From contig QKEI01000273.1 in assembly GCA_003251795.1 (NCBI GenBank), positions 11,152 to 75,151 on the forward strand: a stretch of DNA of 64,000 nucleotides, written 5' to 3'. Positions 1-11,506 of the stretch are shown here, in pieces. The translations under genes were made by a program, and so were the position numbers. The DNA is from Candidatus Muproteobacteria bacterium. GTDB taxonomy: Bacteria > Pseudomonadota > Gammaproteobacteria > Acidiferrobacterales > SPGG2. A model generated the notes under the pieces. The model saw only the letters and a list, made by a program, of their open reading frames with translations, was not told the origin of the DNA and ran no database searches. Numbering within the stretch: position 1 is the first letter of the stretch; each line of letters begins with the position of its first letter.

Positions 1-256
1 CTGGCGTATCGATCATGTTAAGACGATAGCTAAAGCCGTCGTTGGCAACGTAATCGAGTGCCACACTTTGAGCCTTGATGGTGATGCCGCGCTCGCGCTC
101 GAGTTCCATAGAATCGAGCACCTGTTCCGCCATTTCCCGGTTTGCTAGAGCGCCACACAGCTCAATGAAGCGGTCGGCGAGCGTAGATTTGCCGTGGTCA
201 ATATGGGCGATGATGGAAAAATTGCGCATCAACGCCTGGTTACGCATCCTTGTCAT
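1..256 (-). CDS. lepA: Elongation factor 4 (LepA), N-terminal part; gene runs off the window start
   Basis: The reverse complement reads [35 protein letters not shown]...[13 protein letters not shown]...NMIDTPG. It carries the GTPase G1 (AHIDHGKST) and G3 (DTPG) motifs typical of LepA. It lies downstream of rpoE-rseAB as in E. coli. The ORF track missed it because it is truncated. Confidence 0.85.
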   Translation of the reverse strand, partial: MTRMRNQALMRNFSIIAHIDHGKSTLADRFIELCGALANREMAEQVLDSMELERERGITIKAQSVALDYVANDGFSYRLNMIDTP

Positions 257-325
257 AAGTATCTGTGGTTGTATGCGTCTTGCGCCTTGGGACGCGCCCA
301 AGCCCGGACGGCAGCTGAACGAACG

Positions 326-347
326 AAAAAAGGCGCTCACCGCGCCC
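326..347 (-). terminator. Putative rho-independent terminator after rseB
   Basis: The minus strand reads GGGCGCGGTGAGCGCC followed by TTTTTT. This gives a 5-bp GC stem (GGCGC/GCGCC), a 5-nt loop and a T6 tract, placed between the rseB stop and the lepA start. Confidence 0.5.
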
Positions 348-537
348 ATGGATTGAAAGATTTAAATCAGGCTTTGGCACACGCCGCCGACAGCGCTGGC
401 AACACGTCGCACCAAAAGCACCACTTGTGCCCTAACTGGTTGAATGATAGCGCATTCTTTTGACGAATTGAATACGGCTGCCACTGCACCGATACGAGCG
501 AGCGTAGACGACCTGCACGCGAGAGCGAAGATCCGTC

Positions 538-1518
538 CTAATGTTTGGCAACAACCGACTTCCCGATCAATGCCACCGTCGCCGCTGGAACTTCACCGAC
601 AACGACTATCTGCCGCCCCTTGACGATATTGCCATAGGCATGGATGGCGCCCATGCGACTGGAGCCAACCATCGCGGATTTTGTGTCTTGTCCCGCTTCT
701 TCAATAAATACGGATACCGCAGCCAATCCGTCTGTGTAAACCAAGTGCTCTACCTTGCCAGTGCGCGTCGGATTCTTACGCATGATTCGGTTCGATAGAG
801 TGAAGCCGCGCGGCAATCGTTCCACCAGCCACTCTGGGGGCGGCTCACTATCGCTTGTCTCTACCGTATCACCCCAATACCAGGCCAGGCCTTCACCAGC
901 CACTGCGGGCTCGAGGTCGCGGGGATCAATGGCATGGCCGATGTTCAGTTGCGTGAACATAAACTGCTCGAGGGTCTTTCCCTTGTGGTCAACGAGGTTA
1001 GCCTTGAGTAGCAAACCGGTTTCAATATCGGCCCACAGATGATAACCGTATCGGTAAGCATCGCGCGGATTGATCACTACTAGCTGAGCTTCACGACCGG
1101 TTACACGCCCTACCTTACCAAGGTCGATAATATAGTTGTTCTTAAGATCTTTAACTCTTTCTGGGAGGATAATCGGAAATTTTTTTTCACGGGCCAGTCG
1201 ATGCTCGACAAAAACAGACTGCCGATCTGGCAGATAACATGTAACCTGCCGGTCATCACGAATCACCTCCCTGGCTGCACCATTAAGTGACACGAGGCGC
1301 TCCTGAACAACACCATCCTCTACCCGGTGAACAATGCGCATGGCTTCAAGGCTATCGTCATGCTGATACACAAACGTGCCGTCATAGGTTAGTTCGCGCG
1401 TAGCCTGGTTCATTTTCACGAGCCAATCATACGCCGCTTCCGTCGCGTGAACGGCAGGGCTAAGTACAAATAGGAAGGTGGCGAGCGCAGCAGGCTGGCG
1501 CAGAGCTGGTAAGCTCAT
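538..1518 (-). CDS. rseB: Sigma-E regulatory protein RseB/MucB (periplasmic)
   Basis: 326 aa with signal peptide ...LSPAVHATEA, and the N-terminus AYDWLVKMNQA...YDGTFVY typical of the MucB/RseB family. Its start overlaps the rseA stop by 4 nt. Confidence 0.85.
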   Translation of the reverse strand: MSLPALRQPAALATFLFVLSPAVHATEAAYDWLVKMNQATRELTYDGTFVYQHDDSLEAMRIVHRVEDGVVQERLVSLNGAAREVIRDDRQVTCYLPDRQSVFVEHRLAREKKFPIILPERVKDLKNNYIIDLGKVGRVTGREAQLVVINPRDAYRYGYHLWADIETGLLLKANLVDHKGKTLEQFMFTQLNIGHAIDPRDLEPAVAGEGLAWYWGDTVETSDSEPPPEWLVERLPRGFTLSNRIMRKNPTRTGKVEHLVYTDGLAAVSVFIEEAGQDTKSAMVGSSRMGAIHAYGNIVKGRQIVVVGEVPAATVALIGKSVVAKH

Positions 1519-2060
1519 TTGCTTTCTTCGTAACCCACCACGTGCCCGTAGGTCATCACGCCCTTGATATCCGAGGTAGGCATGACTTCGTTGTGCTCGA
1601 CAAGGTAAGCATTCAGAAGCCGCGCAACTTCAGGTCTACCCGCACCCCAATTCATAGCGCTGCTAGATACCAACTGGCCTTGCACGGGCGGGTCAGCCAC
1701 GATTGCCAACTGCGCCGGGCCAGACCCAGTCCCGTTCGGTGTCAGCGATGGTAGGCCGAAAATAGCTATGCCCACGACCGAGGCGGCCAGGGCCAAACCG
1801 CCCGCCCAGCGTGCTGCGAACCTCCAATTCCGGAGCGTGGTCGCAGACGAGACCAGCGGCTCGCCGATGTACTGCACCACGCGCTCACTCAGTCCGGTAA
1901 GGACAACCCCACCAAGCTCCTTCCGCAGGGCCGCCTGAATCAGATGGTAACGTTCCCAGGTGTGCGCCAACTCCGGTTGACTTGCCAGCTCGGCAAGCAC
2001 TTCCGTCTGTTCGTGCTCGCTCAGTTCACCGTCCATTAAGGCAGACAGACTTTCTTTCAT
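1515..2060 (-). CDS. rseA: Anti-sigma-E factor RseA/MucA
   Basis: MKESLSALMDGELSEHE... is the conserved RseA N-terminus, and a central TM segment is present. The start was moved to the internal ATG at 2060, which is preceded by GAGGGTGG; the ORF track extends to 2081. Confidence 0.8.
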   Translation of the reverse strand: MKESLSALMDGELSEHEQTEVLAELASQPELAHTWERYHLIQAALRKELGGVVLTGLSERVVQYIGEPLVSSATTLRNWRFAARWAGGLALAASVVGIAIFGLPSLTPNGTGSGPAQLAIVADPPVQGQLVSSSAMNWGAGRPEVARLLNAYLVEHNEVMPTSDIKGVMTYGHVVGYEESK

Positions 2061-2085
2061 AGGCCACCCTCTGATCATCACAATA

Positions 2086-2664
2086 TCACCGTTCTAATAA
2101 CGGCCTTAGCTCTTTATCGATCGCCTCGCGGGCCCGAAAAATACGTGAACGCACCGTACCAATAGGGCACTCCATAACGTGGGCAATTTCCTCGTAGCTC
2201 AAACCGTCAAGGTCGCGCAGGGTGATGGCCATGCGCAAATCGGCGGGTAACCCCCCGATTACACGGGTTACCGTGTCGGCGATTTCATCGGTAAGTAAAT
2301 TGCGCTCAGGCGTCCCGAGGTCGCGCAAACCGTTGACACCCTCAAGCAACTCAGCCCCTTCTATCTCTATGTCGGCACTAGGGGGGCGGCGTCCCTGCGA
2401 CTCCAGATAATTCTTTGCCGTGTTCACCGCAATGCGATACAACCAAGTATAGAAGGCACTGTCACCCCGGAAACCCCCGAGACCCCGGTAGGCCTTAATA
2501 AAGACCTCCTGAGTAATATCTTCCACCTCTGCCCGGTCGGAAAGGTAGCGACTGATGAGCTTGGCGACCTTATGTTGGTATTTTCGTACCAGCAGATCGA
2601 AAGCACTCTTTTCCCCGTTCTGCACCCGAGCGACCAGGATCTGATCCACACTGCGTTCGCCCAC
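2086..2664 (-). CDS. rpoE: ECF sigma factor sigma-E (RpoE/AlgU)
   Basis: DQILVARVQNGEKSAFDLLVRKYQHKV...FYTWLYRIAVNTAKNYL closely parallels E. coli RpoE and P. aeruginosa AlgU. The likely start is GTG at 2664 (MGERSVDQILV) with AAGGA 8 nt upstream. The ORF track offers an ATG at 2694 as the alternative. Confidence 0.9.
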   Translation of the reverse strand: MGERSVDQILVARVQNGEKSAFDLLVRKYQHKVAKLISRYLSDRAEVEDITQEVFIKAYRGLGGFRGDSAFYTWLYRIAVNTAKNYLESQGRRPPSADIEIEGAELLEGVNGLRDLGTPERNLLTDEIADTVTRVIGGLPADLRMAITLRDLDGLSYEEIAHVMECPIGTVRSRIFRAREAIDKELRPLLER

Positions 2665-2711
2665 TAGAGAATTCCTTCGCTCTGTTCCCGGCAACGCAGC
2701 GCGTCACCATA

Positions 2712-2738
2712 AATGACCGAATTCAATAGATAAAGTTC
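2712..2738 (-). promoter_or_regulatory. Putative sigma-E-dependent (autoregulated) rpoE promoter
   Basis: The minus strand reads GAACTT-N16-TCATT (GAACTTTATCTATTGAATTCGGTCATT). This matches the E. coli rpoE P2 architecture GAACTT-N16-TCTAA. It lies about 45 nt upstream of the GTG start. Confidence 0.45.
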
Positions 2739-2929
2739 GATTCCGGTGGCTCCTTACCGTGTCGGTCTTGCCTGGTCGGCGCCCCTTTTCCGGCAAACCC
2801 TAAGCGCCGGCGTTATCATTTGCCCGCTAGGATAACGGAAAATACGAAGATGTGCTTTTCCCCCCTTAAGGGGCTATTTATCGCGTACGCCACCACCCGA
2901 ATTGGGTTTGGGGGCGGAGCAGAATGTGC

Positions 2930-3376
2930 TCAGGTGTCTGGCATTTCTAGGTTAAGGCGCACCCGCAGGTTCTTGAAGACCTCATGGGCAACAGCATCGG
3001 GGGTGACTACCAGGCTCAGGGGCATACGCTTACCTGGGGAGGCCAGGCGCACGAGGATCAGCCAAGGTTTAGCGTAGTGTCCTTTGACGGAACAGGGACC
3101 CACAAGCTCGGCATTACCCAAGCCCAGATACCAGGCCCCGTCGCCGTCTAGCTCCGCCCAGCGTATCGTTTGCTCACCCTTACGCAGCGCGTAACGCCTA
3201 ACTGAGTGATACAGACTGATGGCGATGAGTCCTAGTAGGGTGAAACGTGCCGCCCACGACAGCGGCACGATAGCGACGATGACCAAGGCGCCTCCATGCA
3301 TGGCGATTAAGATACTGCCCACGACCCAGGATCTTTTTAGCCGTAAAATCAGTTTGTTATCGAAGTTTATTGACAA
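2930..3376 (-). CDS. YgfX/CptA-like inner-membrane protein (DUF1434 family)
   Basis: 148 aa with two TM helices. The pattern LRLKRSW..GSILIAMHG ... LVRLASPGKRMPLSLVV...NLRVRL parallels E. coli YgfX (LRVSWRAQW..LLIHG ... LRLRSDGGKRQHLWL..DLRRIL). It sits directly downstream of sdhE, as in enterobacteria. Confidence 0.6.
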   Translation of the reverse strand: MSINFDNKLILRLKRSWVVGSILIAMHGGALVIVAIVPLSWAARFTLLGLIAISLYHSVRRYALRKGEQTIRWAELDGDGAWYLGLGNAELVGPCSVKGHYAKPWLILVRLASPGKRMPLSLVVTPDAVAHEVFKNLRVRLNLEMPDT

Positions 3377-3593
3377 TATTCTTTAATTCGTCGCTCTCGG
3401 CTTCTTCGGTTCCGTGGAGGTAAGAGATGAGGGCCGTGTCCGACAGCGACAGTAGTCGTTGGAACGCCGCACGTTCATTGGGCGGAAGTGCCGCATACTG
3501 ACGGTCGAGGAAATCTTGCAGCACCAGGTCGAGCTCAAGCATCCCCCTTCGACAACGCCACCGCAAGCGCCGAAGTTCTTCGCTCGGTATCAC
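3357..3593 (-). CDS. sdhE: FAD assembly factor SdhE (YgfY/CptB, DUF339)
   Basis: LRRLRWRCRRGMLELDLVLQDF... matches the SdhE signature (E. coli IHWACRRGMRELD). The likely GTG start at 3593 overlaps the sdhB TGA stop as GTGA. The ORF-track start at 3692 would overlap sdhB by about 100 nt. Confidence 0.8.
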   Translation of the reverse strand: MIPSEELRRLRWRCRRGMLELDLVLQDFLDRQYAALPPNERAAFQRLLSLSDTALISYLHGTEEAESDELKNIVNKLR

Positions 3594-4291
3594 AGGCTGC
3601 GTCGCACCAGCATTTCTTTGATCTGGGAGATAGCGCGCGTTGGATTGAGTTCTTTCGGGCAAACTTCGACGCAGTTCATGATCGTATGACAACGAAACAG
3701 CCGATAAGGGTCTTCCAGGTCATCCAAGCGTTCACCGGTCGCCTGATCGCGACTGTCCGCCAGGAAGCGCCATGCCTGTAACAAGGCGGCGGGGCCCAGG
3801 AATCGATCAGGATTCCACCAGAAAGAAGGGCAAGAAGTCGAACAACATGCGCACAGTATACATTCGTACAACCCATCCAAACTGTCACGCTCCGCCGGAC
3901 TCTGCAGGCGTTCGATCTCCGGCACCGGGTCGTTATTGATTAACCACGGCTTGACTGCACGGTATTGTGCGTAGAACTGGCTGAGATCGACAACCAGATC
4001 GCGAATCACGGGCCGTCCTGGTAACGGACGCACCTCGACAGGCTGTTTCAAGTCTTTCAGAGGTGTGATGCAGGCAAGGCCGTTGCGTCCATTGATGTTC
4101 ACGGCATCCGAACCGCAAACACCTTCGCGACAGGAACGTCTAAAGCTAAGACTGTCATCTTGTTGCTTGATCAACAACAATGCATCGAGCAACATTACCG
4201 CACCGCAGTCATTTTGCAGCTCATACGATTGCATATACGGTCGACGATCGTTCTCCGGGTTATACCGATAAATGGAAAAGCGAATTGTCAC
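3590..4291 (-). CDS. sdhB: Succinate dehydrogenase iron-sulfur subunit
   Basis: 233 aa with the three Fe-S cysteine clusters CREGVCGSD, CILCACCSTSC and CHTIMNCVEVCP. Confidence 0.95.
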   Translation of the reverse strand: MTIRFSIYRYNPENDRRPYMQSYELQNDCGAVMLLDALLLIKQQDDSLSFRRSCREGVCGSDAVNINGRNGLACITPLKDLKQPVEVRPLPGRPVIRDLVVDLSQFYAQYRAVKPWLINNDPVPEIERLQSPAERDSLDGLYECILCACCSTSCPSFWWNPDRFLGPAALLQAWRFLADSRDQATGERLDDLEDPYRLFRCHTIMNCVEVCPKELNPTRAISQIKEMLVRRSL

Positions 4292-4329
4292 TGTGACTGG
4301 CTCCTCTGTATCAATGCATACTCCGTTGA

Positions 4330-6093
4330 TCAGTACACCCGCTCCTTTGGTGGAAATGGATCGACAGTCAAAGGTTTCATTCGTACCGGTTTGTAGTCAA
4401 GCACGTTACCATCCTGGAAAAACAGTGTATGTTTCAGCCAGTTCTTGTCGTCCCGTTTTGGATAGTCCAGGCGCGAGTGGGCACCGCGACTTTCCTTGCG
4501 CGCAGCCGCCGAAACCACCGTCGCCATCGATACATCCATAAGGTTTTCCAATTCCAGTGCCTCGATGCGCGCGGTATTGAAGATCTTGCTGTGATCTCGC
4601 AAGGTTGCATGCTGCAGACGCTGGTCCAGCTCAACTACGCGTTTTATGCCCTCATCCAATACTTCCTGCGTGCGGAAAACACCACAATAGTCCTCCATGG
4701 TCTTGCGTAGGGTTTCCCGTACGTCATCAACCGACTCGCCGTCACCTTTGCGATCCCACCGAGTGAGGTGGGTCATCGCTTTATCGATCGCTTTCTCCGG
4801 CACGAGGCGATGATAGCGGTTTTCCTCTAGATACCCGAGCATATGGTTGCCAGCGGCGCGGCCGAATACCACCAAGTCAAGCAACGAGTTGCCACCCAGC
4901 CTGTTGGCCCCGTGAACCGAGACGCAGGCACATTCACCAACGGCATACAGACCCGGAACTGCCTCCTCGGGACCATGCGCCACCGGCACCACGACCCGGC
5001 CGAAACGATCTGTCGGAATGCCTCCCATCACGTAGTGCGCCGTAGGATAAACCGGTATTGGTCTTTCGACAGGGTCTACATGGGCGAAGCGCATTGCCAG
5101 TTCGCGAATACCCGGCAAGCGTTTCTTAATGATGTCCGTGCCAAGATGATCCAGTTTGAGCAACACGTAATCCTTCTTCGGCCCGCAGCCACGGCCCTCG
5201 CGTACCTCCGTAACGATCGATCTGCTCACCACATCACGGCTCGCGAGATCTTTGGCATGCGGCGCATAGCGCTCCATGAAACGCTCGCCCTCACCGTTAA
5301 TAAGGTAACCACCCTCCCCGCGCACTCCCTCCGAGATTAGCGCGCCGAGACCGGCAATACCGGTCGGATGAATCTGATAGAACTCCATATCCTGTAACGG
5401 GATGCCGGCACGCAGTGCCATCGCCATACCGTCTCCTGTATTGATCAGGGCGTTGCTGGTCGTACGATACATACGGCCATTGCCGCCCGTGGCAAGAAGA
5501 ATGGTTCTGGCTTCGATCACCAACGGCTCGCCAGTTTCAAGCTCCAACACTAGGGCGCCAACCGCGTAGCCTTGATCATCCATCAACAGGTCAATGGCGA
5601 AGAACTCGTCGAAGAAATAGGTCTTGGCGCGCAGGTTTTGCTGATACAGGGTGTGCAGCATGGCATGGCCGGTGCGGTCAGCAGCAGGACAGGTGCGCGC
5701 GGCCTGATCGCCTCCGAAGTTCTGGCTCTGTCCGCCGAACGGACGTTGATAGATGCGACCGCTGTCCAACCGGGTGAAAGGCACCCCATAATGCTCCAAT
5801 TCGATAATGACGCGCGCTGCCGCGCGGCACATGTATTCGATGGCATCCTGGTCACCGAGATAGTCGCTACCCTTGACGGTGTCGTACATATGCCAGTGCC
5901 AGTCGTCCGGTAACACATTGCCCAAGGCGGCGTTGATGCCGCCTTGGGCAGCAACCGTGTGCGAGCGTGTGGGGAATACCTTGGACACCACGGCGACATG
6001 TGCTTCGCCCTGTGCAAGTTGTAATGCGGTTCTGAGGCCGGCACCGCCGGCGCCAATAACCAGACAATCGAAACGCCGCCTAGGAATATTCAC
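4330..6093 (-). CDS. sdhA: Succinate dehydrogenase flavoprotein subunit
   Basis: 587 aa with the N-terminal FAD fold VIGAGGAGL, the flavinylation region RSHTVAAQGG and the HGANRLGGNSL motif. Confidence 0.95.
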   Translation of the reverse strand: MNIPRRRFDCLVIGAGGAGLRTALQLAQGEAHVAVVSKVFPTRSHTVAAQGGINAALGNVLPDDWHWHMYDTVKGSDYLGDQDAIEYMCRAAARVIIELEHYGVPFTRLDSGRIYQRPFGGQSQNFGGDQAARTCPAADRTGHAMLHTLYQQNLRAKTYFFDEFFAIDLLMDDQGYAVGALVLELETGEPLVIEARTILLATGGNGRMYRTTSNALINTGDGMAMALRAGIPLQDMEFYQIHPTGIAGLGALISEGVRGEGGYLINGEGERFMERYAPHAKDLASRDVVSRSIVTEVREGRGCGPKKDYVLLKLDHLGTDIIKKRLPGIRELAMRFAHVDPVERPIPVYPTAHYVMGGIPTDRFGRVVVPVAHGPEEAVPGLYAVGECACVSVHGANRLGGNSLLDLVVFGRAAGNHMLGYLEENRYHRLVPEKAIDKAMTHLTRWDRKGDGESVDDVRETLRKTMEDYCGVFRTQEVLDEGIKRVVELDQRLQHATLRDHSKIFNTARIEALELENLMDVSMATVVSAAARKESRGAHSRLDYPKRDDKNWLKHTLFFQDGNVLDYKPVRMKPLTVDPFPPKERVY

Positions 6094-6095
6094 GG

Positions 6096-6455
6096 CTAGG
6101 TGTTACCAAGCAGAATCTGAGCTACCCACAATGCCAAAATCAGCAATACCGTAGCGGTAACGAGTTGTACCACGAAACGCAGCCACATAGGCTTGACATA
6201 GTCCATGAACACACTGCGCATGCCGACCCAGGAATGCAACAACGCACTGGCAAAGAACAGTGCGAAACCGATACGCACCGCGACTGAAGCAAACCACACT
6301 TTCCAGGCGGCATAAACATCAATCGGGGCGATAGCGAAGCGCAAAACGAAGTATAAAACAAACACACCCATGTACACCGCAGTAACGCGCTGTAGCAACC
6401 ACTCGCCTAGTCCCGAGTGCGCACTACCGGTTGGTCGCGGTCTCATGTCATCCAC
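6096..6455 (-). CDS. sdhD: Succinate dehydrogenase membrane anchor subunit
   Basis: 119-aa protein with three TM helices between sdhC and sdhA. Its start overlaps the sdhC end. Confidence 0.8.
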   Translation of the reverse strand: MDDMRPRPTGSAHSGLGEWLLQRVTAVYMGVFVLYFVLRFAIAPIDVYAAWKVWFASVAVRIGFALFFASALLHSWVGMRSVFMDYVKPMWLRFVVQLVTATVLLILALWVAQILLGNT

Positions 6456-6823
6456 AATCCTATGAGCAACAAAGTGACAACCGAGACAACCAATGTCAGC
6501 CAGGCACTGCGCCGCGCAGTTGTTCTTTCGACCCCAATATCAACGTCCAGCAGCAGATGCCTGATGCCGGAATATAGGTGCTGCACGAACATCCAGGTGA
6601 CGATGAGCAAGAGCGCTCTGCCCGGTAGTGAGCCAAGTATGCGCACGGTGCTCTCGAATGTCGCAGCGCTTTGTAAAGACTGTTGCAGCAGATAGATGGC
6701 GGGAGGCAGAAGTAAGACGAGAAACACCCCAGTAACACGGTGAAGAATCGAGACTACACCGCCGATAGGCAGGCGTATCTTGAAAAGATTCAGATATACA
6801 GGTCGCTTACTGATGTGCTCCAT
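6443..6823 (-). CDS. sdhC: Succinate dehydrogenase cytochrome b556 subunit
   Basis: 126 aa. RPVYLNL...SILHRVTGV is the SdhC heme-ligand region. It is the first gene of the sdh operon. Confidence 0.85.
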   Translation of the reverse strand: MEHISKRPVYLNLFKIRLPIGGVVSILHRVTGVFLVLLLPPAIYLLQQSLQSAATFESTVRILGSLPGRALLLIVTWMFVQHLYSGIRHLLLDVDIGVERTTARRSAWLTLVVSVVTLLLIGLWMT

Positions 6824-6982
6824 GCCGTTATTGTTGTTTATCTGTACGACACGCCAGAATTCTACACAAACACCCCCTCAAAGTACACGAACTTGCCGCA
6901 TACTCTCCCGCATCGGTTTTCCCGCTCGGTCGAATTCGTTATCATTTCGACCCTTTCTCATCACTCTTATCGCCCTAGGTCA

Positions 6983-8011
6983 ATGCATGCCGACTGGGAA
7001 GCATTTCTAGCGAAAGCTGGGGCGGTCACTGACGATACAGGACTGCGTCATTTCGGTGAACCGCAAGTGGAACCGCAGGCTGCGGCGCGCGGGACCGTCA
7101 TTACCGATTTATCATACCTTTCTCTAATCGATGTCGAGGGAGCAGATGCCGCGAGCTTTCTGCAAGGCCAGCTCAGCAACGATATCTTCAAACTGGACGA
7201 AGACCACAGTCAGCTTAGTGCCTATTGCAACCCCAAAGGGCGCATATTGAGTATTTTCCGGGTGATTCGTCACGATCATGGTTTCATGTTGTTGCTGCCA
7301 GCTGAGTTGCGGGAACGGGTGCTGCAGCGCCTGCGCATGTACGTGCTGCGTGCCAAGGTAACGTTGCAACACGACCAGCGGCTGATACAAATCGGCATTT
7401 CGGGTCCCACTGCGTCCGCCATATTGCGTAAGCAAGTCAACACTGTGCCGACCGTTAACGAATGCTTATGTCACAACAACGTGAGGCTGCTAGGTATCCC
7501 GGGGCCCTATCCCCGTTACCTGGTCCTGACTGACGCGACGTCGGCGCAGACGCTATGGAATGCTGCCTTGGAGGCAACACCCGTCGGCATGAGGGCGTGG
7601 TCCTGGTTGGACATCATGGCGGGGCTGCCTACCATTTATGCCCAGACATACGAGACCTTCGTGCCGCAGATGGTTAATCTCGATCTATTGGGGGGTGTCA
7701 GCTTCGACAAGGGTTGCTACAGCGGACAGGAAATCATTGCCCGCTTGCACTATTTGGGAAAGCTCAAACAACGCATGTTCAGGGCTCACACAACCGCGGA
7801 GCGTCTACCGGCCCCCGCTGATTCCATCCATACCCCTGTCGGTGACCCACAAGCCATTGGCCACGTAGTAGACGCCCAGCCCGCGCCGCGCGGCGGTTGC
7901 GATCTGTTGGCCGTGATCAACCTTGCAGCCGTCGAGAGTGCAGAGCTTCGCCTTGGCAGCCAGAGGGGTCCTGCCCTTACGATCGAACCGCTACCCTACG
8001 CCGTTACCTAG
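6983..8011 (+). CDS. ygfZ: Folate-binding tRNA-modification / Fe-S repair protein YgfZ
   Basis: Carries the C-terminal KGCYSGQEIIARLHYLG motif (YgfZ KGCYxGQE signature). The start was set at ATG 6983 (MHADWEAFL), giving 342 aa against 326 aa in E. coli. The ORF-track start at 6740 would overlap the sdhC coding sequence (6740-6823) on the opposite strand. Confidence 0.8.
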   Translation: MHADWEAFLAKAGAVTDDTGLRHFGEPQVEPQAAARGTVITDLSYLSLIDVEGADAASFLQGQLSNDIFKLDEDHSQLSAYCNPKGRILSIFRVIRHDHGFMLLLPAELRERVLQRLRMYVLRAKVTLQHDQRLIQIGISGPTASAILRKQVNTVPTVNECLCHNNVRLLGIPGPYPRYLVLTDATSAQTLWNAALEATPVGMRAWSWLDIMAGLPTIYAQTYETFVPQMVNLDLLGGVSFDKGCYSGQEIIARLHYLGKLKQRMFRAHTTAERLPAPADSIHTPVGDPQAIGHVVDAQPAPRGGCDLLAVINLAAVESAELRLGSQRGPALTIEPLPYAVT

Positions 8012-8322
8012 CGGCGATCGGCGCCCCCGGAGAGCGCATCGTAAGCCTGTGACGGCTCGACAACCTGAAAGAAAGTTTCGCCTTGCTTAACCATACCAAG
8101 TTCGGCGCGCGCGCGTTCTTCGATCGCGTCGAGCCCATGCTTTAAATCGATCACTTCCGCGATCAGTGCTTGGTTGCGCTCGGCCAGATGCTCGTTCTCG
8201 GTTTTTTGCGCTCTTACTTGCTGATGTAGGCGCCACACCGCCACAGAGCTGCCGTTACCGAACCACAATGGGTATTGTAAGGCCAGCAATAGACCGAGCA
8301 GGATGTTACGTACCGTTCTCAT
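8008..8322 (-). CDS. ftsB: Cell division protein FtsB
   Basis: 104 aa with an N-terminal TM segment, a coiled coil and ARAELGMVKQGETFFQVV. It lies downstream of eno, as in many proteobacteria. Confidence 0.85.
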   Translation of the reverse strand: MRTVRNILLGLLLALQYPLWFGNGSSVAVWRLHQQVRAQKTENEHLAERNQALIAEVIDLKHGLDAIEERARAELGMVKQGETFFQVVEPSQAYDALSGGADRR

Positions 8323-8331
8323 CTCTTGAGC

Positions 8332-9693
<1,362 letters not shown>

Positions 9694-9769
9694 TTAGCTT
9701 AGACTCTAACCAATGCCGTTTAAAAGACAAGCAAAAGGGAATATCGGATCATTCAAGCCTGCTAAGAAA

Positions 9770-11506
<1,737 letters not shown>

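Noticed and set aside
2862-2873. The 12-nt perfect palindrome CCCCTTAAGGGG downstream of the ygfX-like gene, as a possible terminator.
   Set aside because: As a hairpin it gives only a 4-bp stem with a 4-nt loop, and neither strand has a following U-tract. That is too weak to call a terminator.
6740-6982. An 81-aa N-terminal extension of ygfZ in the ORF track (start at 6740).
   Set aside because: It would overlap the sdhC coding region on the opposite strand and run through the divergent promoter spacer. The extension is low-complexity and unlike YgfZ. The ATG at 6983 gives a length close to E. coli YgfZ.
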